DNA of 64,000 nt. Origin: Patescibacteria group bacterium UBA3466 (GTDB lineage Bacteria; Patescibacteriota; Minisyncoccia; Phycocordibacterales; UBA918). The notes beneath the pieces are model-generated. The model ran no database searches. It saw only the letters and a list, made by a program, of their open reading frames with translations, and was not told where the DNA came from. The translations under genes and the position numbers were made by a program. Below, in pieces: positions 28,550 through 37,974 of this stretch (its first letter is position 1; every line of letters begins with the position of its first letter). Where the stretch lies: contig DFRJ01000002.1 in NCBI GenBank assembly GCA_002378195.1, forward strand, positions 129,054-193,053, in the 5' to 3' direction.

Positions 28550-30505
28550 ATGACTGAAAAACATAACAACAATGCAGCTGTCTGTGATGACTGTGGAGCT
28601 GGGGACGAGACTACTCCTGCTACCGGCCTACGATCACTCTTCTCTCGCAGTGGTGCACTTAAAATGCTTACGCCTATTTCGGGAATGTTGCTTGTTTTGG
28701 CGTTTTTGAGTTCATACTCGCTACCACAACCGCAGTTTGCCACGTTGTTCTATATCCTTTCAATTGCGACCGGTTCAGTCTTTGTGGTGCAAAGTGCAGT
28801 GCGTGGACTTATTAAACAGCGTTTTCTCAACATCAGCTTTTTGGTGGTTATCGCTTCGCTTGGAGCCTTGTACATCGGTGAGTACGCTGAGGCAGCGGCG
28901 GTGGTATTTCTCTTTGCCTTAGCGGAACTCTTTGAAAGTTACGGCGTTGAACGCTCACGGCGAGCAGTAGCAGCATTGATTAAAAAATCACCCAAAGTAG
29001 CTCGAATGGTAGATGGTACTACTATGCCGGTTGAGAAAGTGGTTGTTGGAACCATTGTTGCTGTAAAGCCTGGAGAGCAGATTCCGTTAGATGGTGTGGT
29101 TGTCAAAGGTGAGTCGACCATTGATGAGGCGTCCATTACAGGCGAATCTATTCCAGTTGATAAAACTATTGATGATCAAGTGTTTGCCAGCACTATGAAT
29201 GTGCAAGGGTATCTTGAGATTAGGGTTGAGAAAGCTAGCCAAGACTCAACGTTTGCTCGGATTATTACTCTCATCGAAGAAGCTCAAGCATCGCGGGCAC
29301 CTACTCAGGCGTTCATCGACAAGTTTGCCCGCTACTACACGCCAGCCGTTGTCATATTGTCAATTTTAATTGCGGTGATACCAACCTTAGTCTTTGGTCT
29401 GCCGTTTGAAGATTGGCTCTATCGAGCGCTGATTCTCTTAGTGATTGCTTGCCCGTGTGCATTGGTGATTGCTACACCAGTGGCGATTGCTTCAGCGATT
29501 GGCGGTGCGTCACGTAGTGGCATTCTGATAAAGGGTGGAAAGTATCTTGAAAAATTAGCTAGCGTTAAAGTGGTGGCGTTTGATAAGACTCGTACCCTCA
29601 CTTATGGCACCCATACTGTTACTGATGTCATTGCTTTTGGTTCGCATAGTAAAGAAAAGGTCATTGCCGATGCTGCGGGTATTGAATTATTTTCTTCGCA
29701 TCCACTGGCTGAAGCAATTATTGCGTACGCAAAAGAACAGAGTATCGAGCCACATAAAATGGACTCCTATGAGAACGTGGCTGGCAAGGGTGGACGAGCG
29801 CAATGCTTGGTGTGTGAAGCCGACAGTTATATCGGTAACAGAAAACTACTGACCGAAAGCGGTATCGACAGTACGGCATTTGAAGCAGACGTAGAGCGCT
29901 TAGAAAAAGAAGGTAAAACGGTGGTGTTGGTAGCTGAAGGTAAGGAAGTAATTGGAGCGCTCGCGATTTCCGATCAAGTTCGTGAAGAAGCATCAGAAGT
30001 AATTGATGTACTCAGAAGAAGGGGTGTTGAGAGCGCAATGCTTACTGGTGACAACGAGCATAGTGCAGCCTACGTTGCTAATCTGATTGGTATAAATGAC
30101 GTTAAAGCCTCATTACTGCCTGAAGAAAAAGTAACCAGCGTGAAAGAACTAAGAGACAAGTATCACTCAGTGGCGATGGTTGGTGATGGAGTAAATGACG
30201 CTCCATCACTCGTTACATCAGACGTGGGGTTTGCTATTGGTGCTGGTGGTACCGATGCTGCTATAGAATCAGCTGACATAACTCTGTTATCTGGAGACTT
30301 ACGGACTATCCCACAGTCAATCAAACTAGCTCGCGCTACGGTTAAAACTATTCGAACAAACATTATTCTCGCACTTGGTATAAAAATCCTCTTCCTCATT
30401 CTCGTGCCGTTTGGTTTAACTAACCTGGTGTTCGCCATTGCCGCTGATTCAGGTATGGCTATTGTCGTAATTCTTAACAGTCTGAGACTCTTTGCGGTTA
30501 AATAA
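28550..30505 (+). CDS. zntA: P1B-type heavy-metal (Zn/Cd/Pb-type) translocating ATPase
   Basis: N-terminal CDDC metal site; CPC in TM6 (IACPCALVIATP); GDGVNDAP hinge; HP motif (SSHPLAEA). The phosphorylation loop reads DKTRTLT rather than canonical DKTGT. Confidence 0.85.
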   Translation: MTEKHNNNAAVCDDCGAGDETTPATGLRSLFSRSGALKMLTPISGMLLVLAFLSSYSLPQPQFATLFYILSIATGSVFVVQSAVRGLIKQRFLNISFLVVIASLGALYIGEYAEAAAVVFLFALAELFESYGVERSRRAVAALIKKSPKVARMVDGTTMPVEKVVVGTIVAVKPGEQIPLDGVVVKGESTIDEASITGESIPVDKTIDDQVFASTMNVQGYLEIRVEKASQDSTFARIITLIEEAQASRAPTQAFIDKFARYYTPAVVILSILIAVIPTLVFGLPFEDWLYRALILLVIACPCALVIATPVAIASAIGGASRSGILIKGGKYLEKLASVKVVAFDKTRTLTYGTHTVTDVIAFGSHSKEKVIADAAGIELFSSHPLAEAIIAYAKEQSIEPHKMDSYENVAGKGGRAQCLVCEADSYIGNRKLLTESGIDSTAFEADVERLEKEGKTVVLVAEGKEVIGALAISDQVREEASEVIDVLRRRGVESAMLTGDNEHSAAYVANLIGINDVKASLLPEEKVTSVKELRDKYHSVAMVGDGVNDAPSLVTSDVGFAIGAGGTDAAIESADITLLSGDLRTIPQSIKLARATVKTIRTNIILALGIKILFLILVPFGLTNLVFAIAADSGMAIVVILNSLRLFAVK

Positions 30506-30507
30506 AT

Positions 30508-30966
30508 ATGGATGAAGTAATAGTATTCTTAGCTAGTAAATTACATGTAGCTATTGTTGTTATTGCAATCATTACATTCCTGCTCTCCACCAAGAAGCAA
30601 AGAATGGCACTTGCTCTAACTGCAATGACGGCATTACCACTATCGTATCTACTAGGAAAAATAGCGAGTTTCTTCTATTACACCGAGCGACCGTTTTCTG
30701 AACTTGGTATCGCTTCACTTGTACCACACATTGCTGATAATGGTTTTCCTTCAGAACATACACTCTATGCGATGGTGATTGCGGCTGCAGTATTCTCGAT
30801 ACGCAAAAACTGGGGTCTACTGCTCATTGCCCTCGCTATCCTAGTTGGAGTAGGTCGTGTTCTTGCTTATGTACATAATCCAATTGATATTGTCGGCTCT
30901 GTATTCATAGCAAGCATTGCTGTCTTTAGTTCAGTTTATGTATTGCACCGAATCAATGTGCAATAA
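30508..30966 (+). CDS. PAP2-superfamily membrane phosphatase
   Basis: KxxxxxxRP-like (YYTERPF), PSEH and GRxxxxxHxxxD (GRVLAYVHNPID) motifs. Confidence 0.6.
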   Translation: MDEVIVFLASKLHVAIVVIAIITFLLSTKKQRMALALTAMTALPLSYLLGKIASFFYYTERPFSELGIASLVPHIADNGFPSEHTLYAMVIAAAVFSIRKNWGLLLIALAILVGVGRVLAYVHNPIDIVGSVFIASIAVFSSVYVLHRINVQ

Positions 30967-30993
30967 GAAATTGAGTTATCTAACGATTGCACA

Positions 30994-31012
30994 TGAGACC
31001 CCCTGGGGGTAT
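30994..31012. promoter_or_regulatory. Putative CsoR operator (G/C-tract inverted repeat)
   Basis: aGACCCCCtGGGGGTaT immediately upstream of the csoR start. Confidence 0.45.
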
Positions 31013-31021
31013 ACTGACAAT

Positions 31022-31291
31022 GTGAAAAAAGAATTAAAATCAAAAATCGAACGACAACTAAAAGTGATTGAGGGTCAAGTGCGAGGTTTGCAAAAAATGG
31101 TGACAGAAGACAAATACTGCGTTGATATAATTACGCAAACTTCGGCTATTCGAAACTCACTTAGTTCAGTTGAAGAAAAAATGCTTGAAAGTCATCTTGA
31201 TACTTGCGTGGCAACGCAGATGAAGGGAAAAAATAAAAATAAAGCCATCGCTGAAGTTTTGTCAGTCTATAAACTGGCAAAACGAAAATAA
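31022..31291 (+). CDS. csoR: CsoR/RcnR-family copper-sensing repressor (ORF track 30917..31291; GTG 31022 preferred)
   Basis: Cys...His-x3-Cys ligand pattern (YCVDIITQ...ESHLDTC); ~90-aa all-helical. The longer ORF would overlap the PAP2 gene. Confidence 0.7.
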   Translation: MKKELKSKIERQLKVIEGQVRGLQKMVTEDKYCVDIITQTSAIRNSLSSVEEKMLESHLDTCVATQMKGKNKNKAIAEVLSVYKLAKRK

Positions 31292-31292
31292 T

Positions 31293-32459
31293 ATGAAACA
31301 GACCCACTCATACCTGATGTTAGGAGTTTGTCTAACTCTACTACTCGTAGTATTTGCTGGTATATACACAAGTGCAACTCAAGAGAAGTCGTATGACGCA
31401 AATACTGTTAGTGGAGATGTGCTTACGTCCCGTGCAACGTTAATTGTGCAGCCACAATCTGATGCTGACACAGTGCTGGTCGATCGTGTAACTCTTACTG
31501 AGGGAGGGTTCCTTGCTGTGAGGGCTATTGACGACAATCGCCTCGGACAAATTGTTGAAATAAGTGAATACCTCGCACCTGGTACGCATAATAACTTATC
31601 GATCCCGCTTGGCGAATTCTATGATGGTGGCGAAGAGCTTATTGTCATGATGTATGAAGACGCTGGTAATGACAAAATCTTTAACGATCTGGATCAGCCA
31701 TATGAGGAGGACGGAATTCCCATTGCAGTCTATGTAGCAACTGGCGAAAAAGTCCCGGAATTTATAGTAACCAACACTAGTACTCCTGAGGGGATTTCGC
31801 TCATGGATATGGGAACCATGGAATTTATCAGCTACACCGACTCAGGCTTCGAGCCAAAAGACGTGACGATATCCCTTGGCACGATGGTTCATTTTGTGAA
31901 CGAAAGTTCAGTTGATATGTGGGTGGCTTCAGATGATCATCCGGCTCACACTGACTTGCCAACCTTTGATCAGTTTAAGGGTAGCGGTCCTGGTGAACAG
32001 TACGTCTACATATTTGACCAGGTTGGTGAATGGAAGTATCACGATCATCTTAATCCACCGGCGGTGGGAACCATACTTGTTACTGAGGCTGCTGATACTG
32101 AAGTAAAGCTTCCGACTTCCAAAAATGATTCAGGATATTACAGTATTGACAGCGATAATTTTTCTCAGTTGGTTGACGACCCAGAGGTGACAACCGTAAA
32201 TGTACACATTCCTTACGGCGGAGAAATCGCCGGCACCGAGGCCTTTGTTCCATACAATGATACCCAGGCGCTGCTGGCAGCTTTGCCGAGTGATACAACT
32301 GCACCAGTAGCTCTCTACTGTCGAAGTGGCAGCATGAGTGCAATTGCAGCTAAAGCTGTAGTCGCTGCTGGATATACCAGTGTATATGATTTAACTGGTG
32401 GTATGAATGCGTACCGGGTTAGTGGTCGTGACGTACTGGTAAAAGAACAAAATAACTAA
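31293..32459 (+). CDS. Secreted/anchored protein with cupredoxin-like middle domain and C-terminal rhodanese domain
   Basis: N-terminal TM; EWKYHDHLNPPAVGTILV resembles a cupredoxin C-terminal strand but without Cys/Met; rhodanese loop YCRSGSMS with catalytic Cys. Confidence 0.55.
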   Translation: MKQTHSYLMLGVCLTLLLVVFAGIYTSATQEKSYDANTVSGDVLTSRATLIVQPQSDADTVLVDRVTLTEGGFLAVRAIDDNRLGQIVEISEYLAPGTHNNLSIPLGEFYDGGEELIVMMYEDAGNDKIFNDLDQPYEEDGIPIAVYVATGEKVPEFIVTNTSTPEGISLMDMGTMEFISYTDSGFEPKDVTISLGTMVHFVNESSVDMWVASDDHPAHTDLPTFDQFKGSGPGEQYVYIFDQVGEWKYHDHLNPPAVGTILVTEAADTEVKLPTSKNDSGYYSIDSDNFSQLVDDPEVTTVNVHIPYGGEIAGTEAFVPYNDTQALLAALPSDTTAPVALYCRSGSMSAIAAKAVVAAGYTSVYDLTGGMNAYRVSGRDVLVKEQNN

Positions 32460-32465
32460 TCACGT

Positions 32466-33179
32466 ATGTTACTAGGAATTAAAAGTACCAAAGTAGCTTT
32501 ACTTCGCCATCTAGGCGTGGCAATAGTCGGTGGGCTACTTATTTATCTTGTCTGGTCACTCAATAGCACCTGGAGTCCTGATATGAGACTCTGGAAGGCT
32601 TTTGGTGGCGCTTCGTTCTTCTTGCTGTGGTTTGCAATATTCATTGGACCCGCAGCTAAGTTACTACCCGCCCTTAATGTGGTGCTTTCGTATCGACGTG
32701 AAGCTGGAGTCTGGTTTTTCTTAATTGCGCTCGTTCATGGCTATCTCATCCTCGATGGATGGGTGCGGTGGAGCGTTTGGGAGTTTTTCGGCTATCAATA
32801 CATTGCAGAGATTGATACCTACTTGCGAGTAGAGTCTGGTTTTGGCCTCGCCAACCTCTTGGGCTTTGTTGCCTTAACGTTTGCTCTAGCACTCGCAGCT
32901 ACTTCATTCGATAAAGCGGTAAATTGGCTTGGTATACAGTCATGGAAATGGCTGCACGGATTTGCGTACGTTGTTTTCTATCTCGGCGCAATACATGTCG
33001 TCTATTTTGCCTTTATCCATTACACTCCATCGCTTACAAGAGCTATGCAGGGTCTGCAAACCAACTATCCTGACAATCCACTCAAGTATTACTACCTGTT
33101 TATGCTCCTCAGTGTACTAGTGGTTCAGATACTTGCTTTCATCCAGACGGTCCGTCGTAATCGCAATACAAGTTGGTAA
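32466..33179 (+). CDS. Ferric-reductase-like transmembrane domain protein (haem-binding 6-TM)
   Basis: Six TM helices with paired conserved His on alternate helices (LVHGY..., IHVVYFAFIHY). Confidence 0.5.
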   Translation: MLLGIKSTKVALLRHLGVAIVGGLLIYLVWSLNSTWSPDMRLWKAFGGASFFLLWFAIFIGPAAKLLPALNVVLSYRREAGVWFFLIALVHGYLILDGWVRWSVWEFFGYQYIAEIDTYLRVESGFGLANLLGFVALTFALALAATSFDKAVNWLGIQSWKWLHGFAYVVFYLGAIHVVYFAFIHYTPSLTRAMQGLQTNYPDNPLKYYYLFMLLSVLVVQILAFIQTVRRNRNTSW

Positions 33180-33864
33180 CTGTATGGTATTTGAAACGCA
33201 CATCACGGCTCATAAAGAAGTAGCTAAGGGTACTCACGAAGTGACACTCGGGCGTCCAACGTCATTTGTCTTCAAGGCGGGACAGTATACCCAAGTGGCT
33301 GTCCCAAAATTGACACACTCTGATCCGAAAGGCCGATCGAGACAATTCTCAATCGCCTCTTCGCCATACGACATGGACGAGATCAAGGTTGTCTTTAGAA
33401 ACTCAGGTAGTGGCTTCAAGGAGACACTCCTACACACGTCAATTGGTGCTTCGGTGCAGATTGAACAAGCGGCGGGCAGTTTTCTCTTACCTCAAAAGGT
33501 TACCCGACCGCAGGTGTTTGTAGCTGGTGGTGTCGGGATTGCTCCGTTAATGAGTTACTTGCACCAAAGGATAGATGATGTGTGGGAACAACCCGTCACA
33601 TTACTCTACGGTAATCAAAACCCTGAGAGCGCTGCATATTTAGGAGAATTACAACAGATGAGCAAGCAACACCGTCAATTTTCCCTAGACAACATCTACA
33701 AGCGACCCACTCCCGGACTCTTTGCAAAGTTGGCTGAAAAGCATCAGGTTGCAGTGTGGTGGGTAGTTGGCCCACCTGGCATGGTGTCTGTGACGGTTAA
33801 CGGTTTACATCTGGGAGGAATTTCGGCAGACAAGATTATGACTGAATCGTTTGATGGATATTAG
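33133..33864 (+). CDS. FNR-like FAD/NAD(P)-binding oxidoreductase domain protein (probable start ATG ~33184, MVFETHI...)
   Basis: RQFSIASSP (RxYS FAD motif); GGVGIAPLMS NAD(P)-binding glycine motif. Immediately follows the ferric-reductase TM gene, so a split NOX/FRE-type reductase. Confidence 0.65.
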   Translation: MLSSRRSVVIAIQVGNCMVFETHITAHKEVAKGTHEVTLGRPTSFVFKAGQYTQVAVPKLTHSDPKGRSRQFSIASSPYDMDEIKVVFRNSGSGFKETLLHTSIGASVQIEQAAGSFLLPQKVTRPQVFVAGGVGIAPLMSYLHQRIDDVWEQPVTLLYGNQNPESAAYLGELQQMSKQHRQFSLDNIYKRPTPGLFAKLAEKHQVAVWWVVGPPGMVSVTVNGLHLGGISADKIMTESFDGY

Positions 33865-33905
33865 CAGAAAGTATTAAATGTAAATTAATAACGTAATAAA
33901 TCTGT

Positions 33906-34373
33906 ATGGAATCATTATTTCCCCTAGGTATAGAACAATATCTCGTTGGTGGACTACTGGTTGGTTTAGGTATTTCTTTTGTCTATATTATGACCGGCTT
34001 AGTCTCAGGTGTTTCGACTGCCTTTACATCAACGTGGTCCTTTTTTTCACGAGATACAACATCTTTTTTCAGACGAGAAAAATTTCTCTCTTCACGAACC
34101 TGGCGTCTTTCTTTGGTCACTGGCTTGATGCTTGGTGGTCTTGTATATCTTGTTTTTATCAACGGAGGTGAATCGACAGTTGCTTCACTTTCAATGACCA
34201 GACTGTTCTTTGGAGGGCTGTTGGTGGGGATAGGTACCCGCATGGCGGCAGGTTGTCCGTCTGGTCACGGTATATGTGGCAACGCTATGCTTGAGAAGAC
34301 CTCGTTCATCTCTACTGTCACATTTTTATCAGTTGGTATTGTTGTTGCTTTGTTAACGCAATCAATTTTCTAA
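33906..34373 (+). CDS. YeeE/YedE (DUF395) sulfur-compound transporter half
   Basis: 4-TM half-transporter with conserved Cys motif (GCPSGHGICG). Confidence 0.6.
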   Translation: MESLFPLGIEQYLVGGLLVGLGISFVYIMTGLVSGVSTAFTSTWSFFSRDTTSFFRREKFLSSRTWRLSLVTGLMLGGLVYLVFINGGESTVASLSMTRLFFGGLLVGIGTRMAAGCPSGHGICGNAMLEKTSFISTVTFLSVGIVVALLTQSIF

Positions 34374-34378
34374 AACTT

Positions 34379-34816
34379 ATGCATATGAATACTAAAAAAC
34401 ACATTGCAATCATCCTCGGAGGAACACTGTTTGGTTTTGGTTTGGCTTATTCAGGAGCAGCTGTGCCAGAAATCGTATTGTCCTTTTTGAGGCTTGAAGA
34501 CTTTGGCTTAGTGTTGGTAATTGGTGGCGCGCTTCTAGTGACACTGATTACATTCCAGCTGATACCAAAATTATTGTCGAAACCTTTGCTGAACGGAACA
34601 TTTGCCACTTCGTCTCGACTGTCAGTATCAAAATGGAATGTTATTGGTGCGGCAGTCTTTGGTGCCGGCTGGGGTATCTCAGGTCTTTGTCCAGGGACCT
34701 CATTCGCAGCCATTGGTATGGGTAACTGGCCGATACTTATTGGTATTATCGGTATGTTTATCGGAGCGTATGTATACGGAACACTTCGCAATAAAGGATT
34801 GACTGGAATTGAATAA
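34379..34816 (+). CDS. YeeE/YedE (DUF395) sulfur-compound transporter half
   Basis: Second 4-TM half with GLCPGTSF motif; adjacent to the first half. Confidence 0.6.
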   Translation: MHMNTKKHIAIILGGTLFGFGLAYSGAAVPEIVLSFLRLEDFGLVLVIGGALLVTLITFQLIPKLLSKPLLNGTFATSSRLSVSKWNVIGAAVFGAGWGISGLCPGTSFAAIGMGNWPILIGIIGMFIGAYVYGTLRNKGLTGIE

Positions 34817-36824
34817 CATGGAACATAAACATACAGACAATCATTGTCATAGTCATGGCAGCCCGGGTATGGGACACGGGTCAGCAGGTACATTTCTAAA
34901 GCGGTTTTGGATCGTCACGTTTCTTTTGATTCCGCTTGTCTTTGCTAATGAGATGGTCATGAATGCACTTGGTCTTGATGCATATACTCTTAGCAAATGG
35001 ATAGGTTTTGGTATCGCCACTATTATTTTCGGTTTCGCACTCATTTTCTTTGAGCACGCACTACATGAAATAAAGGCCCGAGCTTATGGCATGATGACTT
35101 TGGTTTCTATTGCGGTTGCAGCTGGATATTTGTTTTCAGTGGCAGCGACTTTTTTACCGTCACTTGAAGCTGATTTTTATTTGGAAATATCAACCTTGAT
35201 TTGGGTGCTTCTATTTGGTCACTACTTAGAAGCAAAATCTGGTGCCGCAGCCGGTGACTCGTTGGCCGAAGTGGCTAAGCTTTTGCCGAAGCAAGCTCAT
35301 AAGTTAATCAATGGTGTAGAAACTGATGTCGACATCAGTGATTTAGCTGATGGGGATTTGGTTCTTGTTAAACCTGGTGAGAAAATACCAGCTGACGGGA
35401 TGATCATAGAAGGTTCAGCCAACGTTGATGAGGCACTGATCAGCGGTGAGTCAACTCCAGTACAGAAAAAAGCTAAAGATGAGGTGGTGGCAGGGTCAAT
35501 TTGTCTTGACGGTTCACTTACTATCTCACTTACAAGAGTTGGTGAACATTCAACTATTGGTCAAATTCAAAATCTCATTGCTACTGCACAGCAAACCAAA
35601 CCTAAGTCGCAACGACTGGCTGATAAAGCAGCGGGTATTCTTACGTTTGTAGCTGGTATTACTGCACTACTCACACTGCTTATTTGGACATTTGTGATTG
35701 GTCAACCATTTGTATTCGGGGCAACACTGGCAATCACAGTGCTGGTGATTGCGTGTCCACACGCACTAGGATTAGCTATTCCAACGGTCACTACCATCAC
35801 TACTTCGTTGGCGGTGAAAAATGGATTCTTTATTAAGAACCTTGCTAAGCTTGAAGTTATTAAAAAAGCTGACTACGTAGTTTTTGATAAAACCGGCACA
35901 TTAACTACAGGAGTATTTGGGGTTACTGATTTAGTGGCTGTGGGAGATGTTGCGGAAGATGAGGTGTTACGAATCGCTGCTTCACTTGAACAACATTCTT
36001 CTCACATTATTGGTGAATCAATTGTATCTCACGCTAAGGAACAGTCAGTTACAATGTCTGATATTTCAGCCTTTAAGAATGTTGCTGGTAAAGGCATTGT
36101 TGCTGAGATTGATGGTAAGAAATATGTGGCTGGTAACCGAGCCTTGATTGAATTCTTGGATATTTCGTTCACTAAAGCTGAATCTCCATATAATGAATTG
36201 ATATCGAACGGCAAAACTACAATCTTTGTTGCTGATGAATCAACCGTGATTGGTCTAGTGGCTCTGTCTGACGCTATCAAGCCTGAGTCTTATGAAGCAG
36301 TAAAACGTTTGCATGAGCTTGATGTGAAGGTGGCTATGTTGACTGGTGACAATACGCAGGTGGCACAAAGTGTGGCAAAAGAACTTAATATCGACACGTT
36401 TTTTGCTGAGGTTTTGCCCGAAGACAAGTACGCTCATATTAAGGAATTACAGGAATCAGGATCAGTAATCTTGATGGTTGGTGATGGAGTCAACGATGCG
36501 CCTGCCCTAACGCAGGCAGATGCTGGGATTGCTATTGGAGCAGGAACTGATGTGGCGGTTGAGGCGGGAGATGTTGTCTTAACTCGAAACAATCCCGAGG
36601 ATATTGTTCGACTTATTACGCTTTCACGAAAAGTGTATATAAAAATGATACAAAACCTTGTGTGGGCACTTGGGTATAACGTGATTGCTATCCCAGCCGC
36701 TGCCGGTGTGTTTGCCAGCCTCGGTTTCTTTTTACGGCCTGAGATTGGAGCATTTGTAATGAGTCTCTCAACGGTGATTGTGGTCGCTAATGCGATGTTG
36801 CTGAAGCGTATAGATTTAACGTAA
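34809..36824 (+). CDS. copB: CopB-type (P1B-3) copper-exporting ATPase with His-rich N-terminus
   Basis: N-terminal HKHTDNHCHSHGSPGMGHG; CPH in TM6 (IACPHALGLAIP); DKTGTLT; GDGVNDAP. Confidence 0.85.
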   Translation: MNNMEHKHTDNHCHSHGSPGMGHGSAGTFLKRFWIVTFLLIPLVFANEMVMNALGLDAYTLSKWIGFGIATIIFGFALIFFEHALHEIKARAYGMMTLVSIAVAAGYLFSVAATFLPSLEADFYLEISTLIWVLLFGHYLEAKSGAAAGDSLAEVAKLLPKQAHKLINGVETDVDISDLADGDLVLVKPGEKIPADGMIIEGSANVDEALISGESTPVQKKAKDEVVAGSICLDGSLTISLTRVGEHSTIGQIQNLIATAQQTKPKSQRLADKAAGILTFVAGITALLTLLIWTFVIGQPFVFGATLAITVLVIACPHALGLAIPTVTTITTSLAVKNGFFIKNLAKLEVIKKADYVVFDKTGTLTTGVFGVTDLVAVGDVAEDEVLRIAASLEQHSSHIIGESIVSHAKEQSVTMSDISAFKNVAGKGIVAEIDGKKYVAGNRALIEFLDISFTKAESPYNELISNGKTTIFVADESTVIGLVALSDAIKPESYEAVKRLHELDVKVAMLTGDNTQVAQSVAKELNIDTFFAEVLPEDKYAHIKELQESGSVILMVGDGVNDAPALTQADAGIAIGAGTDVAVEAGDVVLTRNNPEDIVRLITLSRKVYIKMIQNLVWALGYNVIAIPAAAGVFASLGFFLRPEIGAFVMSLSTVIVVANAMLLKRIDLT

Positions 36825-36851
36825 GTCAAATAGTATAATCGATACATCCAT

Positions 36852-37247
36852 ATGGGACAAAAATTGGGTACATCAATAGTGACGCTACTATTTCTTGGAG
36901 CTATGTTCGGGGGTCTTTTTCACATGGCGGGAATGGAAATGAGTGGTGGGATGACTGACTGTCCATACATGTCTCAACAAGAAACAATTTGTGCTATGAG
37001 CGTGTCTGAGCACTTGGGTGCCTGGCAGTCCACTTTTACATCTATCGCACCAACTCTGTTTACAATCCTAGGGCTGCTGTTTGTAGCTGTCGCAGTAGCT
37101 CAAATTGCACCGAATTTATTACGGAAAGTTAGACTAGCGTTAATCCGTTTATCGAGCACACAGTCAAGCAGTCGTGATTTCAATTTTGTAGCCAGACCGC
37201 TACAAGAACTATTCTCTAGCGGCATCCTACACCCCAAACTCTTCTAG
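36852..37247 (+). CDS. Small Met/Cys-rich membrane-associated protein (possible Cu-binding)
   Basis: HMAGMEMSGGMTDCPYMSQQETICAMS Met-rich cluster; hydrophobic segments. Confidence 0.4.
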   Translation: MGQKLGTSIVTLLFLGAMFGGLFHMAGMEMSGGMTDCPYMSQQETICAMSVSEHLGAWQSTFTSIAPTLFTILGLLFVAVAVAQIAPNLLRKVRLALIRLSSTQSSSRDFNFVARPLQELFSSGILHPKLF

Positions 37248-37295
37248 CTAATAAAAACAGCAGAGCATTCTGCATTTATTAGCTTAGAAATATGT

Positions 37296-37955
37296 ATGAA
37301 TAAAAAATTAATCCTTGGAGCAATACTGTTTGTTCCAACAGTATCGTTCGCGCACGATAGCGAACATGTAACGACAGCGTGGTATCAAAATCCATTAGTG
37401 CTCACGTTAACTGTTTTAACAGTTATTGCTCTTGGCACACTCTGCTACGGGTGGGTATCGAAAAGAAAAAACTTACAGATAGTACCTGCAGTGGCTCTCG
37501 TAGTAATCGCTGTCACCAGTTTCGCTATGTTTAGCCAACCAGTTGATACTTATGAACCAGAATTAGCAATGGCTGATTTTGGCACTGGCCAAACAGTCAC
37601 GTTGTATAAAAGTCCAAATTGTGGCTGCTGTAGTGGTCACGCTAAAGCACTCGAAGAAGCAGGCTTTGCTGTTAACATAGTTGAAACAGACGAGCTTGAT
37701 CAAATTAAAAGTGAACAAAATATTCCACCTACAGGCGCAAGTTGTCACACGTCAGTCATTGGTGACTATGTAGTTGAAGGTCATGTTCCCTTGGAGGCAA
37801 TTGAGAAATTACTGACTGAAAAACCCGATGTGGCCGGTATTGGACTACCAGGAATGCCTATCGGAACGCCTGGAATGCCAGGCAGGAAAACAGCACCCTA
37901 CGAGGTATATCAGCTATCGGAAGACGGGCAAATGTCACCGTACATGACAATCTAA
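37296..37955 (+). CDS. DUF411-family periplasmic copper-binding protein
   Basis: Signal peptide; CxCC motif (SPNCGCCSGH); C-terminal Met/Pro segment (GLPGMPIGTPGMPG). Confidence 0.7.
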   Translation: MNKKLILGAILFVPTVSFAHDSEHVTTAWYQNPLVLTLTVLTVIALGTLCYGWVSKRKNLQIVPAVALVVIAVTSFAMFSQPVDTYEPELAMADFGTGQTVTLYKSPNCGCCSGHAKALEEAGFAVNIVETDELDQIKSEQNIPPTGASCHTSVIGDYVVEGHVPLEAIEKLLTEKPDVAGIGLPGMPIGTPGMPGRKTAPYEVYQLSEDGQMSPYMTI

Positions 37956-37974
37956 TAACAAAAGTAAATAAAAT

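Noticed and set aside
30917-31021. N-terminal 35 aa of the track ORF for csoR
   Set aside because: It overlaps the end of the PAP2 gene, has no RBS, and CsoR proteins are ~90 aa. GTG at 31022 with a G-rich spacer was preferred.
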